A stretch of DNA of 54,466 nt, counting the filler, from Diploschistes diacapsis (Eukaryota): NCBI GenBank assembly GCA_023645945.1. It is 4 parts of 4 records of this genome, joined end to end, with 100 filler letters (N's around TTAATTAATTAA, not from the genome) between each part and the next. Parts side by side here need not be neighbours in the genome. Positions count along the whole stretch, not along the records: positions 13,656 to 27,200 come from JALAIB010000648.1; 3 more parts are not named here. One strand, 5' to 3'. The position numbers and the translations under genes were made by a program. How positions within the stretch are numbered: position 1 is the stretch's first letter; every line of letters starts with the position of its first letter. The notes under the pieces were generated by a model. It saw only the letters and a list, made by a program, of their open reading frames with translations. It was not told the origin of the DNA and did no database searches. Shown piece after piece: positions 13,656 through 27,300 of the stretch.

Positions 13656-14577
13656 ATTGTGGTGCGTGAAGGGGGGGATGTATGTATCAGTAGTGGCCTG
13701 TGTTTTGCCCTTCGGGTGCGGGGAGTGGGAATTATTCGCGGCTGTGAGGTGGCGAGGCGTGGTGGTAGTTGCTGTTGTTTGAAATGAGCCATGCTGAGCT
13801 TGTCTTATGGTGCAAAGATGGTATGGATGGCGGTGTGGGCGAGGGGGCCTCTGCGCTGCAGGATGTTTTATGTAAAACAGTTTTTTATTGTATTGCTTCA
13901 AGTTGTGGAGGGCCCCTTTGGGGTCTTCATCAAACGTATTTATTTACCCTTTCGTGTAAAACTGCAGACTAACCGTTGGCGCTGTATGGCCGTGCCAGGT
14001 ACCCGGGTTTTCCAGCGCACGAGATTTCAATGGCGAGAGCCAGCAGTCTCGGCATCAGGGGAAAAAAATGGAAGAGGATATGATTCATGAGGGAGTAGGT
14101 ACCTAAGGGCCTTCACAGCACAAGTACAGAGCAGCTTATCGTCAACCCTTCTCGCATCGCTGCACCAGTTCCCGCAGCAACCAACTCATTGACTCAAAAC
14201 ACACGGCGGTCGCAGTTCATCAATTGCGGAAGACACCCCTTGCTCGTTTTGGAGCATTGCAATGCTATAGGTACCGTTATCCATGAGCCCCAAACCGCGA
14301 ACAGATCTTGAAACTGGTGCACGATACATAATTGCAATCCGAAAGACACCTGGCTGGCCTGGACCCCCCAAACACAACTTCGTTCCCGGCAAACAGCCTC
14401 AGGGATAACAACCGCGGTGACAGCGCCGAAAGCTATGACCCATTTTGAGGTCAACAGCGATGCAGAGCTAGAAGGCCTCCATTCATCATATCCTGAGCTA
14501 GAGGTCTCTGTGCCAGTCGAGTCCCTTGATTTTGCTTAAATTTGAACTCCATACCAGCTCTGATTTTTGAATATCAC

Positions 14578-16341
14578 TTACTCTGGCTTCCCACCTCGCG
14601 CTTCCCAGAAGCACGGCAACCACTCGTCCAGCGCCTTGCTGAAAAGCGTCAACCCCTGTTCGACCGGGTTTAATTCTGCCAAAACTTCTACAATGATGGG
14701 CCCAAATAGATCCTTTGCGTGCACAGCGCCGGGATACACCATTCCGAACAACTCGTTTCCGTTAGGTGGCCCATTACATTTGGGGATCTGGGTCATGCTT
14801 GGCCGGTCAGGGGCGTCTGGATTGAAATCTCTGCTCGCTTGAGCACTGAATCCACGCCAAGGGTTCAGTTCACCGTTAGTGAACATTGTGTTGGAGGGTC
14901 GCACGTGCCAGTCGCCATACTTCGGATAGCAGACACATTTGGGACATCAGGAGCGTAGGGGAAGGACGCCTTGCACTCGAATAGCTCATGCCTGGCTTTG
15001 CTTTGGAAAGGTGACAAGATGTTGGACGGATTTGAGGTGTTAGCGATCTCGAAATAACCAAGCTCGCTACAAAGCTGCCAGTTCCAGGAATTTCCGTCAG
15101 CCTCAAAGACATGGGGTTGAAAGGATCGTAATAAAAAGTCGATATCATCCCCACACTTGTTCACAGCGGCGCCAACAAACGCAAGAAGTGCGGCTTCGGA
15201 TCCAAATAAAGTCGCAACGCCCGCCGATGTAGAGAGATATTGGTACTAGATTCGATTTGTAGACTAAAACCTTCCGGTCCTTTGTTATAGTTTTCGAGCT
15301 TTGAGGGGGTCCAAGCCTCCATGTAATCGCAAAGGCCTCTAACAGCTTCGAAGCCGAAATCTTGGAACTGCCGACCCTTACCTCCAAAGGGCAATGCTAG
15401 CCATTTAGCGATGGACCATCTGATTCTATCTTTATTACTAGTAGTAGTCATGAACTCAAAAATGTCAGAAACAGGCTTCGCATCAGACTGGCCAGGAAGA
15501 CATTCAGTCAAAGTGCCATTCTCGAGACCCAGAGAAGATGTTTCCGTTTCGAGGAGGTCCATCAGTTCGCGTACAGATCCTTTAGCCAATAAATCATCAG
15601 CGAAAGTGACCGCTACGTGGACATCAGCGGAGCAGTTTCTTAGCAACGAGCGTTCCATCGGACTCAAATAGACTAGAGAGGATACAGCACCGTGTATTGG
15701 AGCGCTGAAAGCCCAACTTGCGAAAAAGAGATTAGGATTTTGTTGGCGGATCTAGGCAGCCCGTGCGCGTGGATAGCTTCCACCAACCCATATCCACGGA
15801 GTAGCATCCGCGCGGAGTGCAAGGGCTTTTTCTTCAGCATATCCTGGTGGGCTGAATGGGTCGCGAAATACACTGTGTCTTCTAAAGCCTGCTCGATACT
15901 CAGATACTTGTAACGTTCCTGCGCAGCAAGTATCGTCTCGGACATCTTCTTGGGTTCAATCGGTAGGCTTGCTTCATAGAATCAATGTTCCCCATGCAAT
16001 AACAATTCCTGCGTGCCGGCCTGCGAGTTCCAATAGGCTGAATGTGTAGGGTTCCCTATGGGAGCTACTAAGCATTTAAGATACCTCTCTATCTTCCATG
16101 CCCTTCTCCCCTACGTCGTAAAACACGACCGGTCCGCCTTTTCGGTAGTGCTCATCATTCATCCAGTATCTATTGGTATAGGTACGGGAGTCCGAAAGAT
16201 TGAAGTGGTCAATTGGAATGTGTATTCGCGTTCGTTATTGGTTTGATTGTCCAAAAGATGGTCTGCCGTGGAGTCTAAGAGAGAATATGTCGAAATAAGA
16301 GTCGTACTTGCTAATACCAGTGACCATAATAAGAGATACAT
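14578..16341 (-). pseudogene. Serine carboxypeptidase S28 family (prolylcarboxypeptidase-like) pseudogene
   Basis: Motifs in shifting frames: signal-like MYLLLWSLVLAS, IPIDHFN..RTYTNRYWMNDEHYRKGGPVVFYDVGE, YLSIEQALED, PWIWVGGSYPRARAA*IRQQNP..FASWAFSAP, NCSAD, WNWQLCSELGYF, MFTNGELNPWR. In-frame TAG at 15752-15754 plus several frameshifts. Confidence 0.85.
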
Positions 16342-17218
16342 AGATGAAAAAGTGAAGGTGCGCCTTAAGCCCAATCGACCATATCATTGATGAGCCCTCC
16401 TCAGATGTATAAGGCGTGGGAAACCCTTCAGACTGATGAGAGAGTAAGATAGGAGTAGAGGACGACGACGAACTGATGTCCGCAAAAAAACCGCTATAGC
16501 AATACCGAGGACTCGACGTCGCCGTTTAATAATGTTATTGATGCGCAAGGTCGATAAAAGAGTAATGAGAATCAATCATAAATAAAGACTATTCATCCAT
16601 TGGAGCCTCTGGGAACACGGGGCAACCGTAACAACGAGCAGATTGGGAAGCCACGCTCACCTCTTCCAGCCTTGTTCATTGCCGGTGAGTAGGCACTTTC
16701 CGCAAGAGAAACTTCAGGAACTCAGAGTAAAGCCTTGTAAATCCAGCTTCGCCAACCGTAATCTAATCTGCGATGTCACATCCAAGTTTCTAGAATCCTG
16801 GGCATACAACGTGCAGGCAGAACGTTGTCAGATGATTGGGAAGAGCTGCGAACGCTAAAGTTGTTTGACTTGTTGGCGACTTTGCGCACGAGGGAGATCG
16901 TTGAAGTCCACCCGACCAAATTGAGCGCGAATCCAGTGCGTTTGAAGCGAGTAAAGGGACCGCAGGAAAATAACAGTGCCAGCTGTTCGACTACAAAGCC
17001 TTCCGTCAGCTTCAGGACTCAGGAAGATAACCATGTGTTGTGAGAGGGTATGCGAGCAAGTTGACAATAGCCTTGAGTCCCATAGATGCAGGTTCGCAAG
17101 AGCCCGTGGTCGCGTATATCTAAACTCTTCTTCCGAATTTTGCTCATGAGTGAAGCGACTGAATGCTGCTACATCAGGGGTACACGAAATGTGTAATTGA
17201 CACACCTTTGACACACCT

Positions 17219-18905
17219 CTACAGGCTATGCTCCGATTGTATCATCCTTTTATGATGTCTTTTCTCCGGAGGTGATGATGAATCTTTTTCACTTGGCACG
17301 ACACGACGGTAGACGCCTAACGTACGTTGCCTAACAGGGTCCCAAAGAAGCCAGGAAAGCAGGACGAGCGCGGTCAACGGGACGGTCGTAGCCCAGTAGT
17401 ACCAAAAACGATAGTTCACCACCGATGTTCCAGGATCGGCGTCCCAGTTGAAGACGGGGATTGCGAAGAGAGCAGCTATGTACGTTCCAGGCAGAAAGAG
17501 CATCGTCACGATGGAGATGGTCTTCATTGCTGTGCTGTCGCGCTTGCTTGCGGCTGCTATGCGCTTGGAATCATTGGCGAGAGAGATATTGGTGAGGTTG
17601 TCCCTCTGAGCCATGAAGTTGAAGATGATGGTAAGATGCGTTTGGGTCCGCTTCTGCTCGGACGTATTGCGGTACAGGAGATTAGAGACATAGTTAAGTA
17701 AATGCTCGACTAAGTTGTCAACGTCCTCTAGCCCAGTAAGGATGTCGGCGTGGTGGCTCAGAGCCACGATTTTCGCATTGTACTCTTGCATCTTTCGCAA
17801 AGCCAAGATTAGGGAGTTTAGCTTACTCTCATTGATACCGAGACTATTATTATTGCTGTTTAACAGCGAGGTTCCCTGAACAAAGTCTGCTTTAAGTGGG
17901 TCGCCTTTCGGTCGTCCCGGGTACTCGTGCTGGCCAAGCTCCTCTTCAATGGCGTTCAATGTCAGGTTAGAATTGTAGATTTTCAGGCTCAGGATGTTCG
18001 AAATTGAGGTTGCTACTATGAACGGAACGAGCATCGGTTGCGCCGAAAAGGGTTTGTAGGATGGGTACCGAAGCATTTCAATGATACCTGCAGCGTCATG
18101 GTAATAGCTTTGAGCAAGCAGTAGGGCGCTGATCAGCCTCGATCATGGATCATATGCTACGCAAATTGAATAGTAGCCGGTAGCATGTATTCCGAGCTTG
18201 AAGATGAAAGCTATGAGTGCATTAGCAAGTCAAAGATTCTCATGTGCCGACGAAAGGACCAAGTCAAGGGGGAGACTGACCCAGCCACGCTTTATCAACA
18301 AGCTATATAATATACGAAGACAGGATATATATATTGAGACGGAAAGACTTCATTAAGAAGCTAGAGTTCTACTCACACCACGTTGAATCACCACCGTCTT
18401 TATCAAGGTGACGGAACTTTGCTACCTGTCCAGAGGGATCCTCGAGTGCCCAAACAAACTCGAATGGGACATGGAAGGCATCCGCTATCTTCTCAAACTT
18501 GGCCTTACTGAATGGGACAACGTTGTATCGAGAAGAGGTCGCGTCTATCCTGGTGCCAGTAGTTTGACGGCATTCGCCAAATAACACACGAAGCGTGGAG
18601 AAAGCAGCTGAAGCTCGGACATGGCTATCCTGCAGCCAGCCCTCAGTTTCTTCTGGTCTGAGAAAGCCGTGCTCAAACTTAGGAAGGGCATTGGCAGATG
18701 GGCTGGATATCTCGAAGAAGCGGGTCCGCTCGGGCGTGAACTGAAGTATTTGATTTTCGGTCCGGAACCAATGACGATCCATAACTATTACATCGAAGGG
18801 CCAACTTGGATAAATGGAATGGACCATCGGTATAGACACTTGAGGTTCTATTATTATTTGATAGAAATCGCCGATTGTGGTTAGACTCGGATCTACTTTC
18901 GGCAT
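17219..18905 (-). pseudogene. Fungal CorA-like (Mg2+ transporter C-terminal TM domain) gene with an in-frame premature stop; probable pseudogene
   Basis: C-terminal SKRDSTAMKTISIVTMLFLPGTYIAALFAIPVFNW...FWYYWATTVPLT. Predicted introns ~18303-18376 and ~18211-18280. TGA at 18143-18145 (YDP*SRLISALL) is in frame with the last exon. Confidence 0.7.
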
Positions 18906-19898
18906 GAAGTTCTGCCGAGCGAGCCGAGTTTTACTCGGACTGTCATATACACACTACTACTGCTGCTGCTGCACTCCATCCATCTTACATAAATAAGTGT
19001 GTCAGGACTCAGGTGCTGCAAATGCTGACTTTTAGGGGTTTAATTGGGAGCAGGAAGCGTGTTCAGCGGTCCTGAGGATAGGTTCGGACGTATTAAGAGT
19101 GCGGGCGTCATCGGAAGTCGTTCTGTTTTCCTTTTCCCGTGTTTATCGAGGCGGTTAATCCTATTACCTACGTACTGGGAGTCTGGAATGCGATATTTGG
19201 CCATCTTGGCCTTTTCAGTCGGGAATCTGGAAGGCCGTTGTGCGAAGGTTATAAACGGATTATCAGAGATTGGGTTACGATCACATGCAGAGAAGGGGAA
19301 AGAAGAAGGAACGTGAAGAGCTCTACTTTGGCACTCCGATATGACTCAGAAACCAAAATAGAAAGATAATCATAAGCATCCACAGAGACGATGATTCATT
19401 TTCAGGGGAGAAAAACAGAACTTGACGGGGGAGAAGACGGACTTAAGACTGAGCTTTGACTGGGAACAATAATTTCTAATCGGCTAAGCATATGGACCAA
19501 CGCACTGGACAACAACCCGCGCTAATAATGCTGGCTTTCCAATGCTTCTACAGATACCATACCCGTCAATCGTCAAGCCTTGTCATGTGCGTGAGCAGTG
19601 GACGAGAACACATGGCCGTGTCTATCTATCTAGGTAGGTATCGCTGCTTAGGCCTTATTCCTGCTTACTGATGGGGGGCATCTATGGGACTCCGGCAGCG
19701 AAAAGATTTCATGTTGTCATTGCCTCTATGCCGATACCGATTAAATTAATAATAATGTCGCACTTCTAGCTGCATTGGCTCATACATATAAGTTTTGAAA
19801 CCTGTCGCTCTGTTTTTCGAATATACAAATTTCACCGTTTCCATTTATAACCTGCGCTTCTGGATCCCGCACCACACAACCTGCGATTGCCTGGCGAG

Positions 19899-21699
19899 AT
19901 GGAAGGAGAGGGCCATGGCCATAGTAACCTAACTTTGGACGGACTTAGCTATCTGATTCCGCCAGTAACTGCGGATTCAAGCTATTTCACACGCGAGGGT
20001 CACTCCAGCATGATAACGGCGCATATCATATTGATGATCCTGTCTTGCGTGTTCGCGCTACCAATAAGTAATCTTCTCAAGCCCAACTTCTATCAACCAT
20101 AGCTCACAAACCACATAGGCGTCATGCTAAGCATTGCACGCTCAAGGTATACTAACCTATCGCAACTCATTGTCGTTGCCCTTAATGCCCTGGGACTGCT
20201 CTTCGGCGCCATCTACAACAGCAATACCCCAGATCTGTACGAAAACAACGCGCATCACAAGATCGGATGGATTGCAACATGGGTCATATCGGCACAAACT
20301 GTTGTGGGCCTTGTCCGACGATACGCGCACACAGGTGCCGCTACTGCAAATTTTGCGAGTATCCGGTACGACCGTCTGCCGGATATGCGCTCGTCAGACG
20401 AGTATAGCTTTTCACGCGACAGTGGTCATGGTACAGAACCAAACTCGCCGCGCTCCTTCTATCTACCTTCCCCTGCAGAATTCGAGGAAGGGCGCATGTC
20501 GCACTCAGCGCACATGGTGACGAACAACAACGAAGAGAAACACGGTCCTCTAGGGAACAATGTGGTCGACAGATATTTCACGCGGAAATTTGGATCTCTT
20601 GCATCGAGTCGAATAATACGCATTGCAGGCGTGCTTTATGACGTCATTGATCGCCTCATTCTGTTCCTCGCTTTCACTGCTCTTGCGACAGGGATCGTAA
20701 CGTATGGTGGACATTTTGTAAGTTGTCTAGCAGAAATGACCGCTAACAAAATATCAAGGACTAACAGGCCATGTAGAAAGGCGTCCAGGTTTTGAGCGGG
20801 CTCGCGCACTTCATCAAGGGTGGGATTTTCTTCTGGTATGGACTATTGACGCTCGGCCGCGTCATGGGCAGCTTCTCGGATCTCGGCTGGAGCTGGAACG
20901 TCAAGCCAGCCGCTAGCATCGTGGGACCTCGCAGAGCCGCATCTCCCTCTGCCGAGTTTGTCGAGTCATTGCTCATCTTCATCTACGGAGCCACCAACGT
21001 CTTTCTTGAGCATCTTGGCAGCGAAGACGGCAAGTGGACTGCCGCCGACCTTGAACATGTCTCCCTCTCAGTCATGTTTTTCGGTGGAGGCCTGGTAAGT
21101 TGACACAAATACTAACCAGCAAGTGTTATCGATTGATTGTCCTACAGTGCGGTATGCTTATGGAGTCCAAGCGCATCCGAAATATATTAAACTCTGCGCT
21201 CGCGATTTCTACGGATACGCAAGGCTTTGGCCAATCGCTCGATTTCCTCCGAGAGCCTAAGACATATGGTTTCTCAACGAACCCAATGCCTGCCATAATG
21301 ATCTTCTTACTCGGTTTGATGATGAGCTCCCACCACCAAATATCTCCAGTCTCGGCGATGATGCACAAGCAATGGGGAATGCTCTTCCTTGCGGCATCCC
21401 TTGCTCGCGGAGTGTCCTATCTCTCAGTATATATCTCGCCCCCTACATCCTATCTCCCTTCACCGCCGCCTTCGGAAGTTGTTGTGGCGTTTTGCCTCAT
21501 CTCTGGCGGTCTACTCTTTATGGGAAGCGCGTCAGACATCATCACCGGCATGGAGATGTACGGCTTGCACGCCATGTTTCTCTTCACAGTCGTCATGGGC
21601 TTGACAACCTTCTTGATGGCGTGGGAAATCGTTGTCTTGGCCATCAAAGGCTTGGCCATCCGACGAGAACAGAGAAGTCAATCGTTCACTGTTGCTTGA
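19899..21699 (+). CDS. ytp1: Ytp1/DUF2427 family integral membrane protein; 4 exons, start codon uncertain
   Basis: AHIILM..VFALPI, YNSNTPDLYENNAHHKIGW, GLAHFIKGGIFFWYGLL, SAEFVES..IFIYGATNVFLEHL, DLEHVS..MFFGGGL, MMSSHHQ...MHKQWG. Introns ~20068-20118, ~20718-20776, ~21095-21147. Confidence 0.85.
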
Positions 21700-22489
21700 G
21701 CCTCCCGCTATACGAGCTTAGATGACCTTTACTCTGTGGAGCTTTTCTTTTCCCTTTTTCTAGCAGCATGCAGCTGACATTACAGCTTCAGTTTCCCTTA
21801 TCATGGCGTCAGCGATATACCCCCCTATACCCCTAAGGCGTTGCTTTTTATTGTCTGGCTTTTTTTTAGCGATAGCATAGATTTCACGCACCTGTGCGCT
21901 CAACGCTAGCTCATGTCCTTCACGAGTCAATCCCTATTTTTAGTAGTTTTGTCAACTTGAAACGATTGCTCATCATCACATGTGATTAGAAGTCTAAGAT
22001 ATATCTAAGACCCGGAATTTGCACGTACTGAGGCCCACAGTTGCTTCGTTACAGGCATCCCAAAGGCACCATAATCACTTCACAACAACATCCATGTAAG
22101 TTTCAAAGGTCTCGAAATACCGACTGCGAAGAGAAACCCTTGGACAATTAGGCATGGTATTTGGTGGGGTTGTTTTAGGCTCGAAAAGAGGTGATGTAGA
22201 TAATCCCAATTTATGGTTTGAGATAGCTACGTACTGTAAAACGGTGCCTGATGTAAAGAGGGAGCTATCTCTACGAAATACTGGGCAGTTATTACGCTTC
22301 AATTTTCCGCCCCATCATCCACCAAGCTTCCTTTCTTAAACTTATTGGTTTGTTTACAAATGCACTGCAGTCGGCGATGCGGCCTCTACTGAAGAATGTT
22401 CTCCTGATGCTCTCATAGTTGACGCTCAAAGGAGCTTTTCACTGCCCGATGAATTAAACCCAAAGCTCCCAACTTCCGCGCTCGCAACA

Positions 22490-23692
22490 ATGCCTCCTCC
22501 CTCTCTCCAAACCTCCTTCGCGCCAGCCCGGATACGCTCCTACCTTTTCCGATTACCACTGTTCACGCGCATAGTACTGTTTCTTATTGTCCTATTATGG
22601 ATACTAGAGTTACAGTCGGCGTGGAATGTCGTGGCTTGGGCCGAGCTTATCCCGGCTCAAGTCGGGCTTCAGTCGAGTATGTCCCCGGTAGCAACCTTCT
22701 TCGAGATAATTGGAGTGCTTCATGGAACAAAATTGCTGACTTGGAGGTGCCATCTCTAGTGTATCGACTGAATACCTATCCTTTCATCCACCTTAGCTTC
22801 CTCCATATGCTTTTCAACACCCTTGCGCTGGTCCCTTTGATGGAGAGATTCGAGGCGGATCATGGGACACTGCTTAGTGCGGCTTTCTTTGTAGGACGTA
22901 CGTACAGAATACCAGGGTACTCCTAAGCCTGTGAACGAGGAGGCGTCGTGCTGGATTGCCCAGGGCGTGTCAAGAGAGCAGTCAGCCCTAATGCGTTGCA
23001 GCTCTCTCAACCTTGCCGGCAGGCCTCTACGTCCTTCTGGAGAAATATATATTGAGGAGCAATACTTCGGTACAAGGTGCAAGGTAGGGACGACACGTTG
23101 TTTGCCGAACAAGTCGTTGACCGAGACAGCGTGTGGGTGTTTGTGCTACTAGGCCACGAAGCTATCAAGACATGGAAACAGAATCCGTGGTTTAGGTTCG
23201 TTCGCCGCTTGAATGCACCACAACCGGCCCATGTTGACTGTTAATAGCCTAAGCACATACCGTATCCCGACGTGGACGACGCCTCTCCTCCTCCTTATAG
23301 CTGTTACGGCTCTGGTCCCGAACACCTCGTTCCTAGGCCATAGCTGTGCGCTAGCCGTCGGTTACGCCTGTACGTATTCGCCTTTCCTCCTCTGTGTTTA
23401 TTATTACGTCGCTGCTTGCTTTGTGGGCTTGTGAAGGCCCGTTTGAGAGACTCTCGTAGTTGACTCCTTACCAGATGGGCTGGGCTACCTTCGACTGCTG
23501 GCACCACCAGAACGAATTCTACGGTGGATCGAGGGCAAGCTCAATTTACTGGGCAGACTTCCTCACTACGTGTCCGTGGACCAGAAGACATACGGACGAT
23601 ACGGAGTACTCCCGACGCCCAACTCAGCGCCGCCGAACGTAGAAAGTTCGCCGATGAACTTCCTCGGCAGCGGACAAAGATTGGGGCCGTAG
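22490..23692 (+). CDS. rbd2: Rhomboid intramembrane serine protease, Rbd2 family; multi-exon
   Basis: RIRSYLFRLPLFTR, YRLNTYPFIHLSFLHMLFN..AL.PLMERFE, GAS|VWVF (catalytic Ser split by an intron), PNTSFLGH (catalytic His), IEGKLNLLGRLPHYVSVDQKTYGRYGVLP, GQRLGP*. Confidence 0.9.
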
Positions 23693-24621
23693 CAGTATCA
23701 TATGTGCCATGCATTCGATAGGCGAGGGCTGTACAGAAGAGCCTTCCCTTCTACTGGTTCGTTAGCGCTTGGATGGTGCAGACGGGCCAAAAGGTTCTGT
23801 TTCCTTTTACGGTTCTTCTTGTGTCTATAAGCGGCACACGGTCGATGTTCACGGCGAGCATTTTTCGGCAATCAGTCGTGGAGTTTGGATTGGATTGGAA
23901 AGCTGGTCCTGATGCCTCCGTACTATCTAATTAAGTGGCATATATTCCGAACATTGAACAATTGGTACCCGGTCTACTACCATACAAATAACAAACAGCA
24001 CTTGATGGTAGCTGGTGATTTTGCCTGCCCTTGCCCTCCCTAACCCAGATCTCCCGTCATACCAGATCTCGTGTCTGGCTCCCCCTGGAGAATGATTACA
24101 TACAGGTATTGTACAAAGTAGATGGACGATGGAAAAAGACCTGGAAGCTGAAGCGGAAGGGGCGTTTGTGGCGAGTGGCTGTGGCGAGTGGCTGCGGCGT
24201 CGATTCCATGGATTCAAAGTTCAATTTGATGCCTAAGGAAAGATCTACTTGATACAACATTGTTCTTTTCTTTTCTTTGATACAATAGAGAGTAACTTTG
24301 TACTTGGGCTATTGCAAGGCTTCGTATTGTCGGTTTCCGCAAATTGTATGGCCGCCACACTCATTGCGGGAGCATTGACAGAACTTGAAGCTGTATGCCT
24401 TGTCCTACCCAATAAATAAATGCTGGTTGCATGAACAAATTAGTATCCACACCCTACTAAGAAGCTTCCTGCGTCGATTCTTTGAACCGTTTGATCGGCT
24501 GGGACCTTTAAATTCCTTCCCCTTCTCGCAGAGCTGCTATACCAGACCAGCCAATTAAAATTTAGATTTCAGAGCAGCGTGTCCGCCACTCGAAGCCTGT
24601 CCTTCTTCAATCACCACCAAT

Positions 24622-26562
24622 ATGGACAAGTCTGGCAGTGTCGGCAATGTTGCCAAGAACATTGTAGCAGCACCAGACCACCCGCCCGTCAGGGAAGTCG
24701 AGTATGGTTGTGGTAAGTTTGCAATGCTATGTCCGAGAATGGAAATTCTGACCATCTCACAGAGCACATTCAAGACTTCATGTCACAGGCAAGCCAGACG
24801 GCAGAAAGTCTGACGAACGCATATGTTAATATGCAGCATACGCTCAGCAAGCCTCTCGAGACCCAGACGACCAAGGACAACAAAGACACCAAGAAAATCC
24901 CCATGACCACCCTAAGACCAACTTACATGTGCCTTCAATGCGCAACCATCTCATCGTTAGAAGACCGTGACGTGCACAGTCAAAGGACGAGGCATCAACT
25001 GTGTTGGTCAATTTCCTGTTGCAGACTACCGATGCTGATGCCTGCGTAGCGATAGAGAGCCGTTCGGGGTGCCTGTGGTGTGGCCGGTGTGATGATTTCG
25101 TGTATGATCCTACGTTTGAGAGGATCAGGGTAGATCAGAGTGGGCCAGCGAGTAAGGCCGGAAATTATTTGCAGTGAGAGCTAGATTTTAACCAGACACA
25201 AGACTCTAGGAAGCGGAAACCGAATGCCATCTATCCTACAGGCGAAGAGGACAAGTTTGTCCTGCCAAATTCGAATGCACTTTCATGCCAAGCTGGAGCA
25301 CCTCGGGGCATCTACAACATGGGCCAAACGTGCTATCTCAGCGTAGTGCTCCAAGCGATGATCCACAATCCGATGATGCGCAATTACTTCCTATCGAGTC
25401 GACACGACTCGGCAGAGTGTGAGGTAGAAAACTGCGTGGCGTGTGCTCTGACCATATCCTTCAGCGATATCTTGGCAACAGAGAAAATGGACGGTCATGG
25501 CCCGGTAGATCTGCTCTATCGATCCTGGAGACATGCACCAGTAAGTTCCCGATCAAGCTTTTCCGGTGAAGCAAAATTTTGACCCATGGAAAAAGAATCT
25601 TGCCGGCTACGCCCAGCAAGATGCCCACGAGTATTTCCAGTCCCTGCTCGACCATCTGCATATATCGAGCGGCTGTACCACTTCAAAAGACAAGAAAGAC
25701 TGCAACTGCCTCTACCACCAACTATTCTACGGCAAGCTGCGTAGTACGGTGACTTGCTTGAGCTGCAAGAACATGACCGTCGTCGAAGACCCAATCGTCG
25801 ACCTGAGCCTCGATCTGCGGCAACAGGCCAAGCGGCGAAGGCTGAACCCAAAAGCCAGCGGGTTGAACAACAAAAGCAACATGGAGGAAAGCGCTCCGCT
25901 CGAGCTTTCGCAATGCCTGAAGAGCTTCACCGCACCCGAGAAGCTGTTTAGCGACACGTACGTGTGCCACTCGCGGGAATGCGGAGACACGCCACAGAAG
26001 GCTCGGAAGCATCTTACCATCAAGAAGCTCCCCCCCGCTCTCTGCATTCAACTCAAGGTCCGCCCGTTCATTTACCCTATCCTCCGTTCTCTAACAAGCC
26101 CGCCAGCGCTATGAACACAACAAACAAAACCCCCAAAAACTCGAAACAAAGCTCAACTTCCCCCTGCAGCTTGACATGCTCCCCTACACCACGCGCGCCC
26201 ACCGCACCAAGAAGAAGAACCTGCCCCCCGGCACGGACCCGGCCGATTTCGACCCCAACGGCCCGACGCCGCTGTCGGCCCGTTCGCCGGGCTGGTACGA
26301 CCTGTCGACGGTGGTGGTGCACATGGGAAAGATGGACGCGGGCCATTATGTGTGCTACTGCCGTCGTGACGACACGTGGTTCAAGTTCGACGACAGCAAG
26401 GTCACGCTCGCGACGGAGGCGCAGGTACTCAACGCGGATGCGTATCTGCTGTTTTACGTCGTGAGGAGTCTGGGCAGGTCGCTGCCGCCGGAGGAGAAGA
26501 AGAAGAAGAAGAAGGAGAGAGGGGGTGAGGAGGGTGGCGAGGGCGAGGCGGAGGATGAGTAG
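24622..26562 (+). CDS. ubp8: Ubiquitin C-terminal hydrolase Ubp8 (SAGA DUB module, ZnF-UBP + USP); multi-exon
   Basis: YGC|EH and CLQC zinc-finger pieces, C..C.DFVYD, Cys box RGIYNMGQTCYLSVVLQAMIHNP, QQDAHEYFQ, His box VVHMGKMDAGHYVCY, WFKFDDSKV, AYLLFY. Confidence 0.93.
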
Positions 26563-27200
26563 GAGGGAGAGAGGAGGTGGGGGAAGGGGTAGGCTGTAGA
26601 GGATTTGGGTCGAGAAATCCGATTAGGTTTGGACCTCCTAGAGAGAGACATGTGGGATCAGATGAGAGACGCAGTGGATGCGTATGGTGTGGGTGTGTAT
26701 CGCACTGTGCATCTGGAGGCAGCGGGTACATCTATCTAGGCACGGAACGATTGGCGATGCATGGGCGGTAAAGGAGCAGGGATCTTGTACATATCTAGTA
26801 CATACCTATATGCAGTTCTGCGCCATCACCTTCCTACAACTTCCCACGAAACCAACCGCAAGGACTGCTGCATCCGCCACACACTGTGCTTACTCACCAC
26901 CACCACCACCACCACCTTACCAAGGCTCCACAGCACCATCAGTTCACATGCGACGGGGGTGCCCGTAACAGAAAGCTCTCGTGATAGAACTAGCCCATGC
27001 CGCAACTCGACTCCTGCCACCATGCCATCCTGTTCTTCGTAATAAGGCTTGGCACACACATCCCGTGTTGCAAGTACTAGGTCAACGCGGAAAGCACTCT
27101 GGCGTCCCAGGCTCACACGGTCGACAAGCCCACCAACCCCGGCAAGTCGCACCATCCCCCATCCTCATCAACCCTCAGGGAAAAAAAAAAAAAAAAAAAC

Positions 27201-27300
27201 NNNNNNNNNNNNNNNNNNNNNNNNNNNNNNNNNNNNNNNNNNNNTTAATTAATTAANNNNNNNNNNNNNNNNNNNNNNNNNNNNNNNNNNNNNNNNNNNN
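27201..27300. other. Artificial contig spacer N44-TTAATTAATTAA-N44
   Basis: Same 100-nt linker. Confidence 0.98.

Noticed and set aside
13656..13792. Minus-strand ATG ORF running into the contig end, and GC-rich open frames at 27301-27630
   Set aside because: May be truncated gene ends, but no identifiable motif.
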